NCBI GenBank assembly: GCA_963770895.1
Contig: CAVYRF010000002.1
Coordinates: 2,784,001-2,848,000 of the forward strand
Source: an uncultured Acidobacteriota bacterium
GTDB taxonomy: Bacteria > Acidobacteriota > Thermoanaerobaculia > Multivoradales > UBA5704
Direction: 5' to 3'
DNA: 64,000 bases
A program made the position numbers and the translations under genes. Below are positions 1-8,866 of the stretch, in pieces (within the stretch, counting starts at the first letter, position 1; the number at the start of each line of letters is the position of its first letter). The notes beneath the pieces were generated by a model. The model was given only the letters and a program-made list of their open reading frames with translations, was not told the DNA's origin and ran no database searches.

Positions 1-113
1 CGCCAAGCACGGCGGTTGATAACCGAGACGGGCGCCGGGCGCCGGTACGGACGGGGAGCGGTGATCCCGGTGGCGGACGCGGGCCGGTTGCCCAGCGGTG
101 GACGCGGCGCCGG

Positions 114-2549
114 TTACCCCGGCGGCGGCTGGGGGGCGGTGGCGAGCGCCGCCGGGACAGGCGCCGGAGCAGGCATCGGGGCGCGGTCCAGACGCGCCAG
201 GGCGGCGGTGCCGGTGACCGCCATGACGGCGTAGCAGCCCAGGCCGGCCACCAGGTTGGCGTGGCTGCCCAGGCTGAGGCCGATGACGGCGGCGAGGGCG
301 GAGCCGGCGATGGAGGCGGCGCCGTTGACCGCCCACATGCGCTGCACGGCCCACTCGCCGAGCGGCGCCACCAGCCGCACGCCGCAGGGGAACGGGAAGC
401 CGAGCACGAAGCCGATGGCGAAGATGAGCGCGCCGGCGCCGACGGCGCGCGCCGTGGCCGAGGTGGTGGCGCCCAGGGCGGCCAGGACCAGCGGCCATGC
501 CAGGTTGAGCACCGCGAGCGCCGCGACGATGGCGACCCAGGTGCGCCGCGTCGCCCGCGGTCCGGCGATGCGCCCCGACAGCGCGGCGCCGGCGCCGGTG
601 CCCAGCAGCATGCTGAACAGCACCACCGACAGCACGTAGGTGGGATGGCCGAGCAGCAGGATCAGGCGCTGGTGCAGGCCCAGCTGGATCAGCAGGTAGC
701 CCAGGCCGATGGCGGCAAAGTAGAGGACCATCCAACGATGGGCAGTGGCCGCCGGTGTGGGCAGCGGCGCGCGTCCGGGGGCGCCGGCGCCGGCGAAGAG
801 GGCCACCGCCAGCATCATCAGCAGCGCGATGCCGGTCAGCAGGGTCATGACGCGGACGCTGTTGAAGGTGATCTCGGTGATCGAGCCGAACCGTTCGCCG
901 AACAGGCCGGGCAGGTCGCGCGCCCGCATCTGCAGGAAGAAGTAGGGCCGGTCGTCCGACGGCGGCGAGATGTCGAAGGGGCTGGCTTCGACGGTCGCGG
1001 CGCGGCGGCGCGGGTCGAGCAGGCCGGCGAGCGCCGGGTCGGCGGGCAGCGCATCCGGCACCGCCAGGAGCTTGAGGTGGTCGGCCGCGGCGAGCGCGTG
1101 CGCCTGGGCGATCTCGGCGGGCGAGAAGGGGAGCTTGGACACCACGATGGTGCCCATGTTCATCGTCCGCGTGCGGGCCAGGCTCTCGCCGAACAGGATG
1201 ATGTGGGCGGCGGGATCGGCAATGCCGGCGTCGGACAGGGCGGCGCTGGCCAGGCCCACCAGCCGCTCGACTTCGGCCGGCGCGTCCGGCACGTACCAGC
1301 GGGTCATGGTGAGCAGGCCGCGGTCGGTCAGCGCGCCCAGGAAGGTGTGCCAGCCTTCCTGGGTGTACAGGCCGTTTTCGGAGAGCACGAAGCCGCCGCT
1401 GGCGGTCGCCGCCCAGGTGTCGATGAGCGAAGCCTGGATCAGGTCGTAGTGCGCGCCCGACCGGGCGATGCCGACGCGCGCCTCGCTGTGGATCAGGTGG
1501 ATCTCGGGGCGCGTGGCGATGGCGTTGAAGCTGGTCCAGTGGCGCCGCAACAGGTCGATGAGGATGTCGTTGATCTCGTAGCCGTCGATGCGCGAGGCGC
1601 CGTGCGCCAGGGGCGGCCCCAGGTCCTCGCCGCCGCCGACGCCGATGATCGCCACCCGGTCCACCGGGCGGCCCAGGCGGTAGGCCAGGTAGCGGCTGGA
1701 ATCGTCCCACTCCGCCGGGATGGCGAAGCGCCCGGCGAGCGCGCTGGCCGGCAGGCGCCGCATCGTGGTGGCGGCCGAGCGGTCGATGATCAGCACGCGC
1801 GAGGGTTCCTGCCCGATGGTGCCGGTCGGGTAGGCGACGATCCTGCTGTACTCGTTCCAGCGTTGGAAGGCCGGTTGCAGTGTCAGGGGCAGGGTGAGGA
1901 AGCGGCCGTTGGCCGCCACGCTGATCCAGATGCCGACGCCGCAGGCCAGCGCCATCGTCACCGCGACGATGCGCAGCCGGCGCGCCGTGGGCAGCGCCGC
2001 GGCGGCGAGCGCCGCGAGCAGCGCCGGGCAGAGCAGCACCGCCGGCCCCTGCACCTTGCGCAGCAGGGCGATCGCCGACAGGCACGCCAGCGCCGCCGCG
2101 GTCAGGTCGGCGGCGTACAGCTTGCCGATCCACTCCTGGCGATAGGCGAAGGCGGCGGCCAGAAAGGCCCCGGCGGCCACCAGGCCGGGCAGGAACACCA
2201 GCGCGTGCAGGGCGACGCCGGCCATGCTGAGCTTGTCGCCCGCGGGGGCGCCGTAGACGGTCTGGTGCAGGGCGACCAGCACGCAGCCGCAGAGCGCCAG
2301 CGCCAGCCACGCCAGGGCGTCGTACAGCCGCCCGAGCGGCAGGCCGCGCACGTTCCAGCGCGACACCAGCAGGCCGCCCAACGCCAGGCCGCTCATCACC
2401 AGCGACACGGCAAAAAACGAGAAGTGGTAGTAGAAGAGCACCGAGAACAGGCGGGTGGTCACCAGCTCGACCAGCAGCATGGCGGCGGCCACCATGGCGA
2501 CCGCCGCCTGCAAGGCTCGCGGTGACCTCGCGATGAGGGCGCTGGGCAT
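114..2549 (-). CDS. Multi-pass membrane protein with a central spermidine-synthase-like SAM-dependent (class I methyltransferase fold) domain
   Basis: 811 aa. N-terminal TM block 'ELVTTRLFSVLFYYHFSF', 'KLYAADL'; SAM-binding 'VAIIGVGGGED', 'YEIND', 'SEAR', 'LSENGLYTQE'; 'PPSDDRPYFF'; C-terminal TM block 'LGHPTYVLSVVL', 'WAVNGAAS'. Confidence 0.75.
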   Translation of the reverse strand: MPSALIARSPRALQAAVAMVAAAMLLVELVTTRLFSVLFYYHFSFFAVSLVMSGLALGGLLVSRWNVRGLPLGRLYDALAWLALALCGCVLVALHQTVYGAPAGDKLSMAGVALHALVFLPGLVAAGAFLAAAFAYRQEWIGKLYAADLTAAALACLSAIALLRKVQGPAVLLCPALLAALAAAALPTARRLRIVAVTMALACGVGIWISVAANGRFLTLPLTLQPAFQRWNEYSRIVAYPTGTIGQEPSRVLIIDRSAATTMRRLPASALAGRFAIPAEWDDSSRYLAYRLGRPVDRVAIIGVGGGEDLGPPLAHGASRIDGYEINDILIDLLRRHWTSFNAIATRPEIHLIHSEARVGIARSGAHYDLIQASLIDTWAATASGGFVLSENGLYTQEGWHTFLGALTDRGLLTMTRWYVPDAPAEVERLVGLASAALSDAGIADPAAHIILFGESLARTRTMNMGTIVVSKLPFSPAEIAQAHALAAADHLKLLAVPDALPADPALAGLLDPRRRAATVEASPFDISPPSDDRPYFFLQMRARDLPGLFGERFGSITEITFNSVRVMTLLTGIALLMMLAVALFAGAGAPGRAPLPTPAATAHRWMVLYFAAIGLGYLLIQLGLHQRLILLLGHPTYVLSVVLFSMLLGTGAGAALSGRIAGPRATRRTWVAIVAALAVLNLAWPLVLAALGATTSATARAVGAGALIFAIGFVLGFPFPCGVRLVAPLGEWAVQRMWAVNGAASIAGSALAAVIGLSLGSHANLVAGLGCYAVMAVTGTAALARLDRAPMPAPAPVPAALATAPQPPPG

Positions 2550-2723
2550 CGTGGGCTAGGTTGGAACGGGCTGTGCGGCGGCCGGCAGGATCAGCGGGCC
2601 GGACCGCAAACAGGCAGGATGCACATCGGCATGTTCGGCCCAATCTATGCCATCCGGCGCGGCCGATCAATGCCGGGACTCGCCTCGCGCCGGCGGCAGG
2701 CCGGCGGCCGGCCGGCTGGCGGG

Positions 2724-3842
2724 TCAATCGTCGGGGTGGAGCAGGCGGAAGCCGAACAGGGGGTGCGCGTTGCCGTCCAGCGTCCGGGTCAGCTGGTCCA
2801 TCATGTCGAGCCCCGCGGCGCCGTTGGTGAAGGCGACGAAGCCGTCGCCGGTCATGGGGTTGCCGAGCACGAAGGCGCGAAAGCCGTCGTTGACGCCCCA
2901 ATGGAAGAAGCAGCGGCTGCCCTGCCAGGTTTCGAGCGCCCAGCCCAGACCCCAGCCCAGGCCGAGCCGGGGGTCGACGGCGACGCGCTGCACCAGCATG
3001 CTGCCGGCGGCGGCGGGCGGCAGCAGCGCGGCATGGGCGGCGGGGTCGAGCATGGCGGCCAGAAAGCGGCCGTAGTCGGCGGCGGTCGCGTGCAGCGACG
3101 ACGCGGCGCTCGCCTGGCCCGGCCGGTCCTTGGGCAGCGGCCGGCCCTGGCGGTCGTGCGGCGCGGCGGCCGCCGTCTCGTAGGCGGCGCGCCAGACGTA
3201 GCTGCTGGCGGTCATGCCGAGCGGGTCGAGCGCCGCCTGGCGCATCAGCTGGTCCAGCGGCAGGCCGGTCTGCCGCTCCACGACGTGCTGCAGGTAGTTG
3301 TAGCCGGCGCCGGAATACTGCCACCGCGAGCCGGGCTCGAACTCCGTCGCCAGCGGCTTGCCGCCGGCCGGCCAGTTGGGCAGCCCGGTCGTATGGTCGA
3401 GCACCTGCAGCGCGGTGATGCGGGCGGCGCGCGGATCGCCGGGCAGGTACGGTGTGGCCAGGTAGCTGTCGAGCGGCTTGTCGAGCGCCAGCCGGCCGGC
3501 CACCACCTGGCGCAGGACCGCCCAGGCGAACAGCGGTTTCGACAGCGAGGCGGCCTCGAACACCGTGTCCGCGGCGACCGGCCGCGGGCTGCCGGCGCGC
3601 TGCACGCCGAAGCCCTCGACCCATGCCAGGCGCCGCCCCCGCACCAGCGCCACCGCCAGACCCGGCACGTGGTAGCGCCGCAGCAGCTCGGGGGCGATCC
3701 GTCGCAGCTCCGCGCGCGGATCGGCGGGCGCGCGCACCGGCGCTGGCGCCGCCGCGGCGGGTGTGCCAGTTGGAGCAGGCACCGGCGCCGGCGCGCCGGC
3801 GAGCGCGTGGAGGACGGCGAGCGCGAGCGCCGCGGCGCTCAA
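2724..3842 (-). CDS. Secreted serine hydrolase, beta-lactamase/AmpC-like family
   Basis: SxxK 'FEAASLSK', 'LDHTTGL', 'FEPGSRWQYSGAGY', 'FHWG'; signal-like N-terminus. Start reassigned to TTG 3842, which overlaps the dapD stop (TTGA). Confidence 0.85.
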   Translation of the reverse strand: MSAAALALAVLHALAGAPAPVPAPTGTPAAAAPAPVRAPADPRAELRRIAPELLRRYHVPGLAVALVRGRRLAWVEGFGVQRAGSPRPVAADTVFEAASLSKPLFAWAVLRQVVAGRLALDKPLDSYLATPYLPGDPRAARITALQVLDHTTGLPNWPAGGKPLATEFEPGSRWQYSGAGYNYLQHVVERQTGLPLDQLMRQAALDPLGMTASSYVWRAAYETAAAAPHDRQGRPLPKDRPGQASAASSLHATAADYGRFLAAMLDPAAHAALLPPAAAGSMLVQRVAVDPRLGLGWGLGWALETWQGSRCFFHWGVNDGFRAFVLGNPMTGDGFVAFTNGAAGLDMMDQLTRTLDGNAHPLFGFRLLHPDD

Positions 3843-4738
3843 CGCACCCAATCTTCCAGCTGGACGCGGGTGTCGGTGGCGGCGTCGCGGTACTTGACGA
3901 TGACCGGCGTGTAGAGCGACAGGCCCCAGTCCTTGCCCATGCCGCGGGTGACGGCGCGCGCGCCGGCGACCACCACGGCGCCGGCGGGGATGACCAGCGG
4001 GCCGCCTTCGAGCGGGCGGTGGATGCACTCGCGCACCAGGTCGTAGACCGGCGTCGAGCGGGTGAGGATGGTGCCGGCGCCCAGGATGGCGCCGCGCTGG
4101 ATCACGGTGCCTTCGTAGACGCCGCAGTTGCCGCCGATCAGGGCGTCGTCTTCGACGATCACCGGCAGGGCGCCGACCGGTTCGACGACGCCGCCGAGCT
4201 GCGCCGCCGCCGACAGGTGGACGCGCTTGCCGACCTGGGCGCAGGTGCCGACCAGGGCGTGCGAATCGATCAGCGCGCCTTGGTCCACGTAGGCGCCGGT
4301 GTTGATGTACATGGGCGGCATGCAGATGACGCCGCGGCCCAGGTAGGCGCCGCCGCGCACCGCCGATCCGCCCGGCACCAGGCGCACGCCGGCGTCGACG
4401 CCCAGCCGGCGCAGCGGCATGGTGTCCTTGTCGAAAAACGGGAAGTGCGCGCCGTCGGGCGCGCCCACGCTGAAGTCGGCCAGCTGGCCCAGGCGGATGC
4501 TGGCCAGCAGCCCCTGCTTGACCCAGGCGTTGACCCGCCAGCCGCAGGGCTCCGCCGCGTCGGGCTGGGCGGCGCGCACCAGGCCGCGGTCGAGCGCCTG
4601 GCGAAAGCGCGCCAGCAGCTGCCGCTCCGCCGGGCCGGCCGTCGCCGGGGGCGCCGCGTAGAGCGCCTCGATATCCTGGCGCAGCGCCCCGATGTCTTCG
4701 CCGTCCCCGTCCGGCGTGGCGGCGGGCGGCGCCGCCAT
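3839..4738 (-). CDS. dapD: Tetrahydrodipicolinate N-succinyltransferase
   Basis: 'WRVNAWVKQG', 'FFDK', 'VRLVPGGSAVR', 'TCAQVGKRVHLS', 'GGVVEP'; hexapeptide repeats; adjacent to dapA. Confidence 0.93.
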   Translation of the reverse strand: MAAPPAATPDGDGEDIGALRQDIEALYAAPPATAGPAERQLLARFRQALDRGLVRAAQPDAAEPCGWRVNAWVKQGLLASIRLGQLADFSVGAPDGAHFPFFDKDTMPLRRLGVDAGVRLVPGGSAVRGGAYLGRGVICMPPMYINTGAYVDQGALIDSHALVGTCAQVGKRVHLSAAAQLGGVVEPVGALPVIVEDDALIGGNCGVYEGTVIQRGAILGAGTILTRSTPVYDLVRECIHRPLEGGPLVIPAGAVVVAGARAVTRGMGKDWGLSLYTPVIVKYRDAATDTRVQLEDWVR

Positions 4739-5655
4739 CAGCTGGCGACCGCCGTCTGGCGCGCGCCCTGTGCCGCCACCGGCAGCATTCCCAGGTCGGC
4801 CAGCACGGCTTCGATGCGGCTCATGCTGTCGGGCCGCGGCGGCACCGAGGGCAGACGGAAGATCGGGTCGATGAGGCCGAGCAGGCCGAGCGCCGCCTTG
4901 ACCGGTCCGGGGTTGGACTCGATGAAGGCGACCTCCATCAGGCGTTGCAGGCGCCGCTGCAGGACGCGGGCGCCGGCGAAGTCCCCTTCCAGGGCGAGCG
5001 CGGTCAGCCGCGCCATCTCACCCGGCACGACGTTGGAGACGACCGAGACGACGCCGGTGCCGCCCAGGGCGACCACCGGCAGGGTCATCGAGTCGTCGCC
5101 GCTGACCACGGCGAAGCTTGCGGGCACCAGGTTGAGCAGCGTCGCGATCTGCGAGGCGTTGCCGGACGCCTCCTTGACCGCGGCGACGTGCTCGATCTGC
5201 GCCAGCCGCGCCATGGTCACCGGTTCGACGTTGGAGCCGGTGCGGCCGGGCACGTTGTAGACCATGATCGGCAGCCGGGTGGCGGCGGCGATCTCGCTGA
5301 AATGGGCGACCAGCCCTTCGGGCGTCGGCTTGTTGTAGGGCGGCGTGACGCTCAGCAGGGCGTCGGCGCCGACCGCCGCGACCTGGCGCGCCAGCTCGGC
5401 CACGGCGCGCGTGTCGCTGCCGCCGGCGCCGGCGACCACCGGCACGCGCCCCTTGGCTTCCTGGACGGTGATCTCCACCACCCGCAGGTGCTCCTCGCGG
5501 CTGAGCGTGGGGTTTTCGCCGGTGGTGCCGCAGGGCACCAGGAAGTGAATGCCCTGATCGATCTGGCGGCGCACCAGCCGGCGCAGCGCCTCTTCGTCGA
5601 GCGAGCGGTCGGGCCGGAAGGGGGTGACGAGGGCGGTGCCGCATCCTTTGAACAT
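4738..5655 (-). CDS. dapA: 4-hydroxy-tetrahydrodipicolinate synthase
   Basis: 'ALVTPF', 'GTTGE', 'PPYNKP', 'YNVPGRT', 'KEASG', 'SGDD', 'ESNPGPVK'. Confidence 0.96.
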   Translation of the reverse strand: MFKGCGTALVTPFRPDRSLDEEALRRLVRRQIDQGIHFLVPCGTTGENPTLSREEHLRVVEITVQEAKGRVPVVAGAGGSDTRAVAELARQVAAVGADALLSVTPPYNKPTPEGLVAHFSEIAAATRLPIMVYNVPGRTGSNVEPVTMARLAQIEHVAAVKEASGNASQIATLLNLVPASFAVVSGDDSMTLPVVALGGTGVVSVVSNVVPGEMARLTALALEGDFAGARVLQRRLQRLMEVAFIESNPGPVKAALGLLGLIDPIFRLPSVPPRPDSMSRIEAVLADLGMLPVAAQGARQTAVAS

Positions 5656-5659
5656 GACG

Positions 5660-6382
5660 TCAGGTCTCCATGGGTGGTGCGGTGCGGGCGACGTCCTGCC
5701 AGACGTCGGTCCAGGCGTACACCCCGCGGTGGCCGAGCACCCATCGCGCGGCGCGCAGCGCGCCCTGGGCGAAGCCCGAGCGGTTGCGGGCCTGGTGTTC
5801 CAGGCGGATGGTATCAGCCTCGGAATCGAATCCGACGACGTGGGTGCCGGGGATGGCGCCGGCGCGGCTGCTGGCGACGTCGAGGGGGCGGTCGTAGCCG
5901 GCGCGCTCCATCACCTGGCGCAGCTCGCGCAGCGTTCCCGAGGGGGCGTCGCGCTTGCGGCGGTGATGGATCTCGTACAGCCAGGGGTCGTATTCGGCGT
6001 CGCCGGCGAGCGCCTGCGCCGCCGCGGCGACGATGCTGTAGAAGACCTGCACGCCGATCGAGAAGTTGGCGCCGTGCACCAGGCCGATGCCGTGCGCGAG
6101 GGCCGCCTGGCGCACGCGCGGCAGCTGGTCGGCCCAGCCGGTCGTGCCGATCACCACGGCGACGCCGAGCGGCGCCAGGCGCTCCACGTTGTCGGCCACC
6201 GCCGCCGCGGTCGAAAAGTCGATCGCCACCTGGGCGCCGCGCAGGCGCTCGGCGTCCAGGACCACGCCGGCGCGCTGGTCGGCGCCGGTGTAGCGCAGCT
6301 CCACGGTGAAGCCGTATCGCGGCGCCAGCTGCTCGACCAGGCGCCCCATGGCGCCGTACCCCAGGAGCGCCAGCCCGGTCAT
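5660..6382 (-). CDS. dapB: 4-hydroxy-tetrahydrodipicolinate reductase
   Basis: C-terminal part of the 5660..8737 ORF: 'LLGYGAMG', 'IDFS', 'VIGTTG', 'ANFSIG', 'EIHHRRKRDAPSGT', 'FAQGA'. ATG 6382 overlaps the lysC stop (ATGA). Confidence 0.93.
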   Translation of the reverse strand: MTGLALLGYGAMGRLVEQLAPRYGFTVELRYTGADQRAGVVLDAERLRGAQVAIDFSTAAAVADNVERLAPLGVAVVIGTTGWADQLPRVRQAALAHGIGLVHGANFSIGVQVFYSIVAAAAQALAGDAEYDPWLYEIHHRRKRDAPSGTLRELRQVMERAGYDRPLDVASSRAGAIPGTHVVGFDSEADTIRLEHQARNRSGFAQGALRAARWVLGHRGVYAWTDVWQDVARTAPPMET

Positions 6383-7875
6383 GCCGGCACCTGCTCGCGG
6401 CCGGGGCGCGGTGCGGCGGCGGCCGCAGCCGCCGGCGCGGCGGTCGATGCGGCGGAGTCGGCGGCGTCGGCGGCGTCGGCGGCGGGGCCGGCCGCGAACA
6501 GCCGATGGTGCAGGGCGGCGGCGACGGCAGGCATGTCTTCCTCCTCGATCAGGCAGCGCACCGCCGGCGCCGCGGTGCCGGCAAAGACCAGGTGCGGCTG
6601 GAGGGCGGCGGCGGCCTCCAGGGTGCGCGCGGCCAGCGCGGCATCGGTCGCGAAGTCGTCCGAGACCAGCGACAGCACGGCCCGCCCGCTGGCGACGCCG
6701 ACGCTGTCGACGCCGCGGCCGGTGGCGGCGGCGAGCGCCTGCCGCGCCTGGTCCAGGCGGTCGCCGCCGGCCAGCGCCAGCTGCGCGCCCGCGGCGTCCA
6801 GGCGCACCACCAGCAGCGCCGGCCGCAGGCGCTCGACCGCGGCGGCGATGCCGGCGGCAAAGGCGCCGCCGTCCTCGCCGGCGGCGGTGGCGGGCGGCGC
6901 CGCGACAAACAGCAGGAAATCGTTGGTGCGGCAGGCGAGCGATCGCACCGCGGGCCGCTGGGCCGCCGGGCCGGCGCCGCGCGGCCCGATGAGCGTGCCG
7001 GCGACGTGCGGCGCCAGTGTGTTGAGGATGCGGATGGGCACCCCGGCGCGGCTGGCCGGACCGAGAGTTCCCGGATGGGGCTTCTTGGCTCCCGAGCAGG
7101 CCAGCTCCAGCGATTCGCCGAACGACAGCGCGGCGACCGGCCGCGCCGCCGGCACCAGGCGCGGATCGGCGGTCAGGATGCCGTCCACGTCGGTCCAGAT
7201 CTGGATTTCGTCGGCGCCCACCGCGGCGCCGACGATCGCGGCGGTGAAGTCGGAGCCCTCCTTGCCCAGGGTGGTGACGACGCCGTCGCGGGTGGCGCCG
7301 ATGTAACCACCGAGGACCGGCACGGCGCCGCGCTCGACCGCCGGCAGCAGGGCGGCCCGCAGGCGTGCGCCGGTTTCGTCGTAGAGCGGCCGCGCACGGG
7401 TGAAGGTGTCGTCGGTCACCATCACCTGGCGGGAGTCGATCCACGCCGCCGCGACGCCCCAGGCCGGCAGGGCGAGCGCCAGGATCTGGCTCGCCAGCAC
7501 CTCGCCGCAGGCGGCGGCGGCGTCGGCGTCGCGCGGGTCCAGCCGGCGCTCGCGCGCCACGCGCTCGAGCAGGCGGTCGAGCGCGGCGAAGGTGGGGTCG
7601 AGCGCCGCGGCCAGCGCCGGCCGGGCCGCCGGCGGCACCGCCGCCGCGGCCTCGCTCCAATGCATCTGGCGCAGCGCGGCGACGTCGGCCTGGGCCTGGC
7701 TGAGGTCGCCGGCGGCGGCCCCTTCGGCGGCTTGCAGCAGCTGGCGGGTGGTCTTGCCCATGGCCGAAACCACCACGATCGGCCGGGCGCCCAGGCGCGC
7801 ACGCACCAGCCCGGCGACGCGCGCAATGCCGCCCGCGCCGTCGATCGAGCTGCCGCCGAACTTGCACACGATCAC
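6379..7875 (-). CDS. lysC: Aspartate kinase
   Basis: 'KFGGSS', 'VVVSAMGKTT', 'GE', 'TTLGKEGSDFTA', 'IWTDVDGILTADPR'. Confidence 0.92.
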   Translation of the reverse strand: MIVCKFGGSSIDGAGGIARVAGLVRARLGARPIVVVSAMGKTTRQLLQAAEGAAAGDLSQAQADVAALRQMHWSEAAAAVPPAARPALAAALDPTFAALDRLLERVARERRLDPRDADAAAACGEVLASQILALALPAWGVAAAWIDSRQVMVTDDTFTRARPLYDETGARLRAALLPAVERGAVPVLGGYIGATRDGVVTTLGKEGSDFTAAIVGAAVGADEIQIWTDVDGILTADPRLVPAARPVAALSFGESLELACSGAKKPHPGTLGPASRAGVPIRILNTLAPHVAGTLIGPRGAGPAAQRPAVRSLACRTNDFLLFVAAPPATAAGEDGGAFAAGIAAAVERLRPALLVVRLDAAGAQLALAGGDRLDQARQALAAATGRGVDSVGVASGRAVLSLVSDDFATDAALAARTLEAAAALQPHLVFAGTAAPAVRCLIEEEDMPAVAAALHHRLFAAGPAADAADAADSAASTAAPAAAAAAAPRPGREQVPA

Positions 7876-7939
7876 CCCGCAAGTCTACTGCACCGCCCGA
7901 TGGCGGCGGCGTGCCATGATTCCCACCAGGAGGTGACAC

Positions 7940-8866
7940 ATGGAGCATCGCCGTATCGGCTCGTTGGACGTCTCGGTGATCGGCTTGGGGTGCAACAACT
8001 TCGGCGGCCGCCTCGACGTAGACGGCACCCAGCGGGTGGTGGACGCCGCGCTCGACTGCGGAATCAACTTTCTGGACACCGCGGACATGTACGGCGGCAC
8101 CAGGAGCGAAGAGTTCCTGGGGCGGGTGCTGGCCGGCCGCCGCGAGCGGGTGGTGCTGGCGACCAAGTTCGGCTGGCGCATCGACGACCAGCGCCCCGGC
8201 GGCGCCAAGCCCGCCTATCTGCGCCAGGCGGTCGAGGACAGCCTGCGGCGGCTGGCGACCGATCGCATCGACCTCTATCAGCTGCACTGCCCGGACCCCG
8301 ACACGCCGATCGGCGATACCCTGGCGGTGCTCGACGAGCTGGTGCGCGCCGGCAAGGTGCGCCACATCGGCTGCTCCAACTTTTCCGCCGAGCAGCTGCG
8401 CGCAGCGCGCGATGCGGCCGGCCCCGGCGCGGCGCGGTTCGAGAGCGTACAGAACGAATACAGCCTGGTGGTGCGCGAACCCGAGAGCGAGGTGCTGCCG
8501 GAAGCGGAGCGCCAGGGGATGGCCTTCGTGCCGTTCTTTCCGCTGGCCAGCGGGCTGCTGACCGGCAAGTACGCCGCCGCCGCGCCGCCGCCGGGCCAGA
8601 CCCGGCTCGCCGCCGGCAATCCGTTCGGCGATCGCTTCCTGAACGACCGCAATCGCCAGCTGGCCGAAGGTTTGGGCCGCTTCGCCGCCGAGCGCGGCCA
8701 CTCGCTGCTGGAGCTGGCCTTTTCGTGGCTGCTCCACCGGCCGGTGGTGGCCTCGGTGATCGCCGGCGCCACCAAGCCCGAGCAGGTGCGCGCCAACGCC
8801 GGCGCGGCGGGCTGGCGGCTGAGCGCCCAGGAGCTGGCGGAGATCGACCGGATCGCGCCGCTCTGA
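7940..8866 (+). CDS. Aldo/keto reductase
   Basis: 'GLGCNNFG', 'DTADMYG', 'LATKFG', 'SLRRLATDRIDLYQLH', 'GCSNF', 'PLASGLLTGKY'; RBS AGGAGG upstream. Confidence 0.93.
   Translation: MEHRRIGSLDVSVIGLGCNNFGGRLDVDGTQRVVDAALDCGINFLDTADMYGGTRSEEFLGRVLAGRRERVVLATKFGWRIDDQRPGGAKPAYLRQAVEDSLRRLATDRIDLYQLHCPDPDTPIGDTLAVLDELVRAGKVRHIGCSNFSAEQLRAARDAAGPGAARFESVQNEYSLVVREPESEVLPEAERQGMAFVPFFPLASGLLTGKYAAAAPPPGQTRLAAGNPFGDRFLNDRNRQLAEGLGRFAAERGHSLLELAFSWLLHRPVVASVIAGATKPEQVRANAGAAGWRLSAQELAEIDRIAPL

Noticed and set aside
1-22. End of a plus-strand gene entering the window (..AKHGG, then TGA TAA)
   Set aside because: Too little sequence to support a call.
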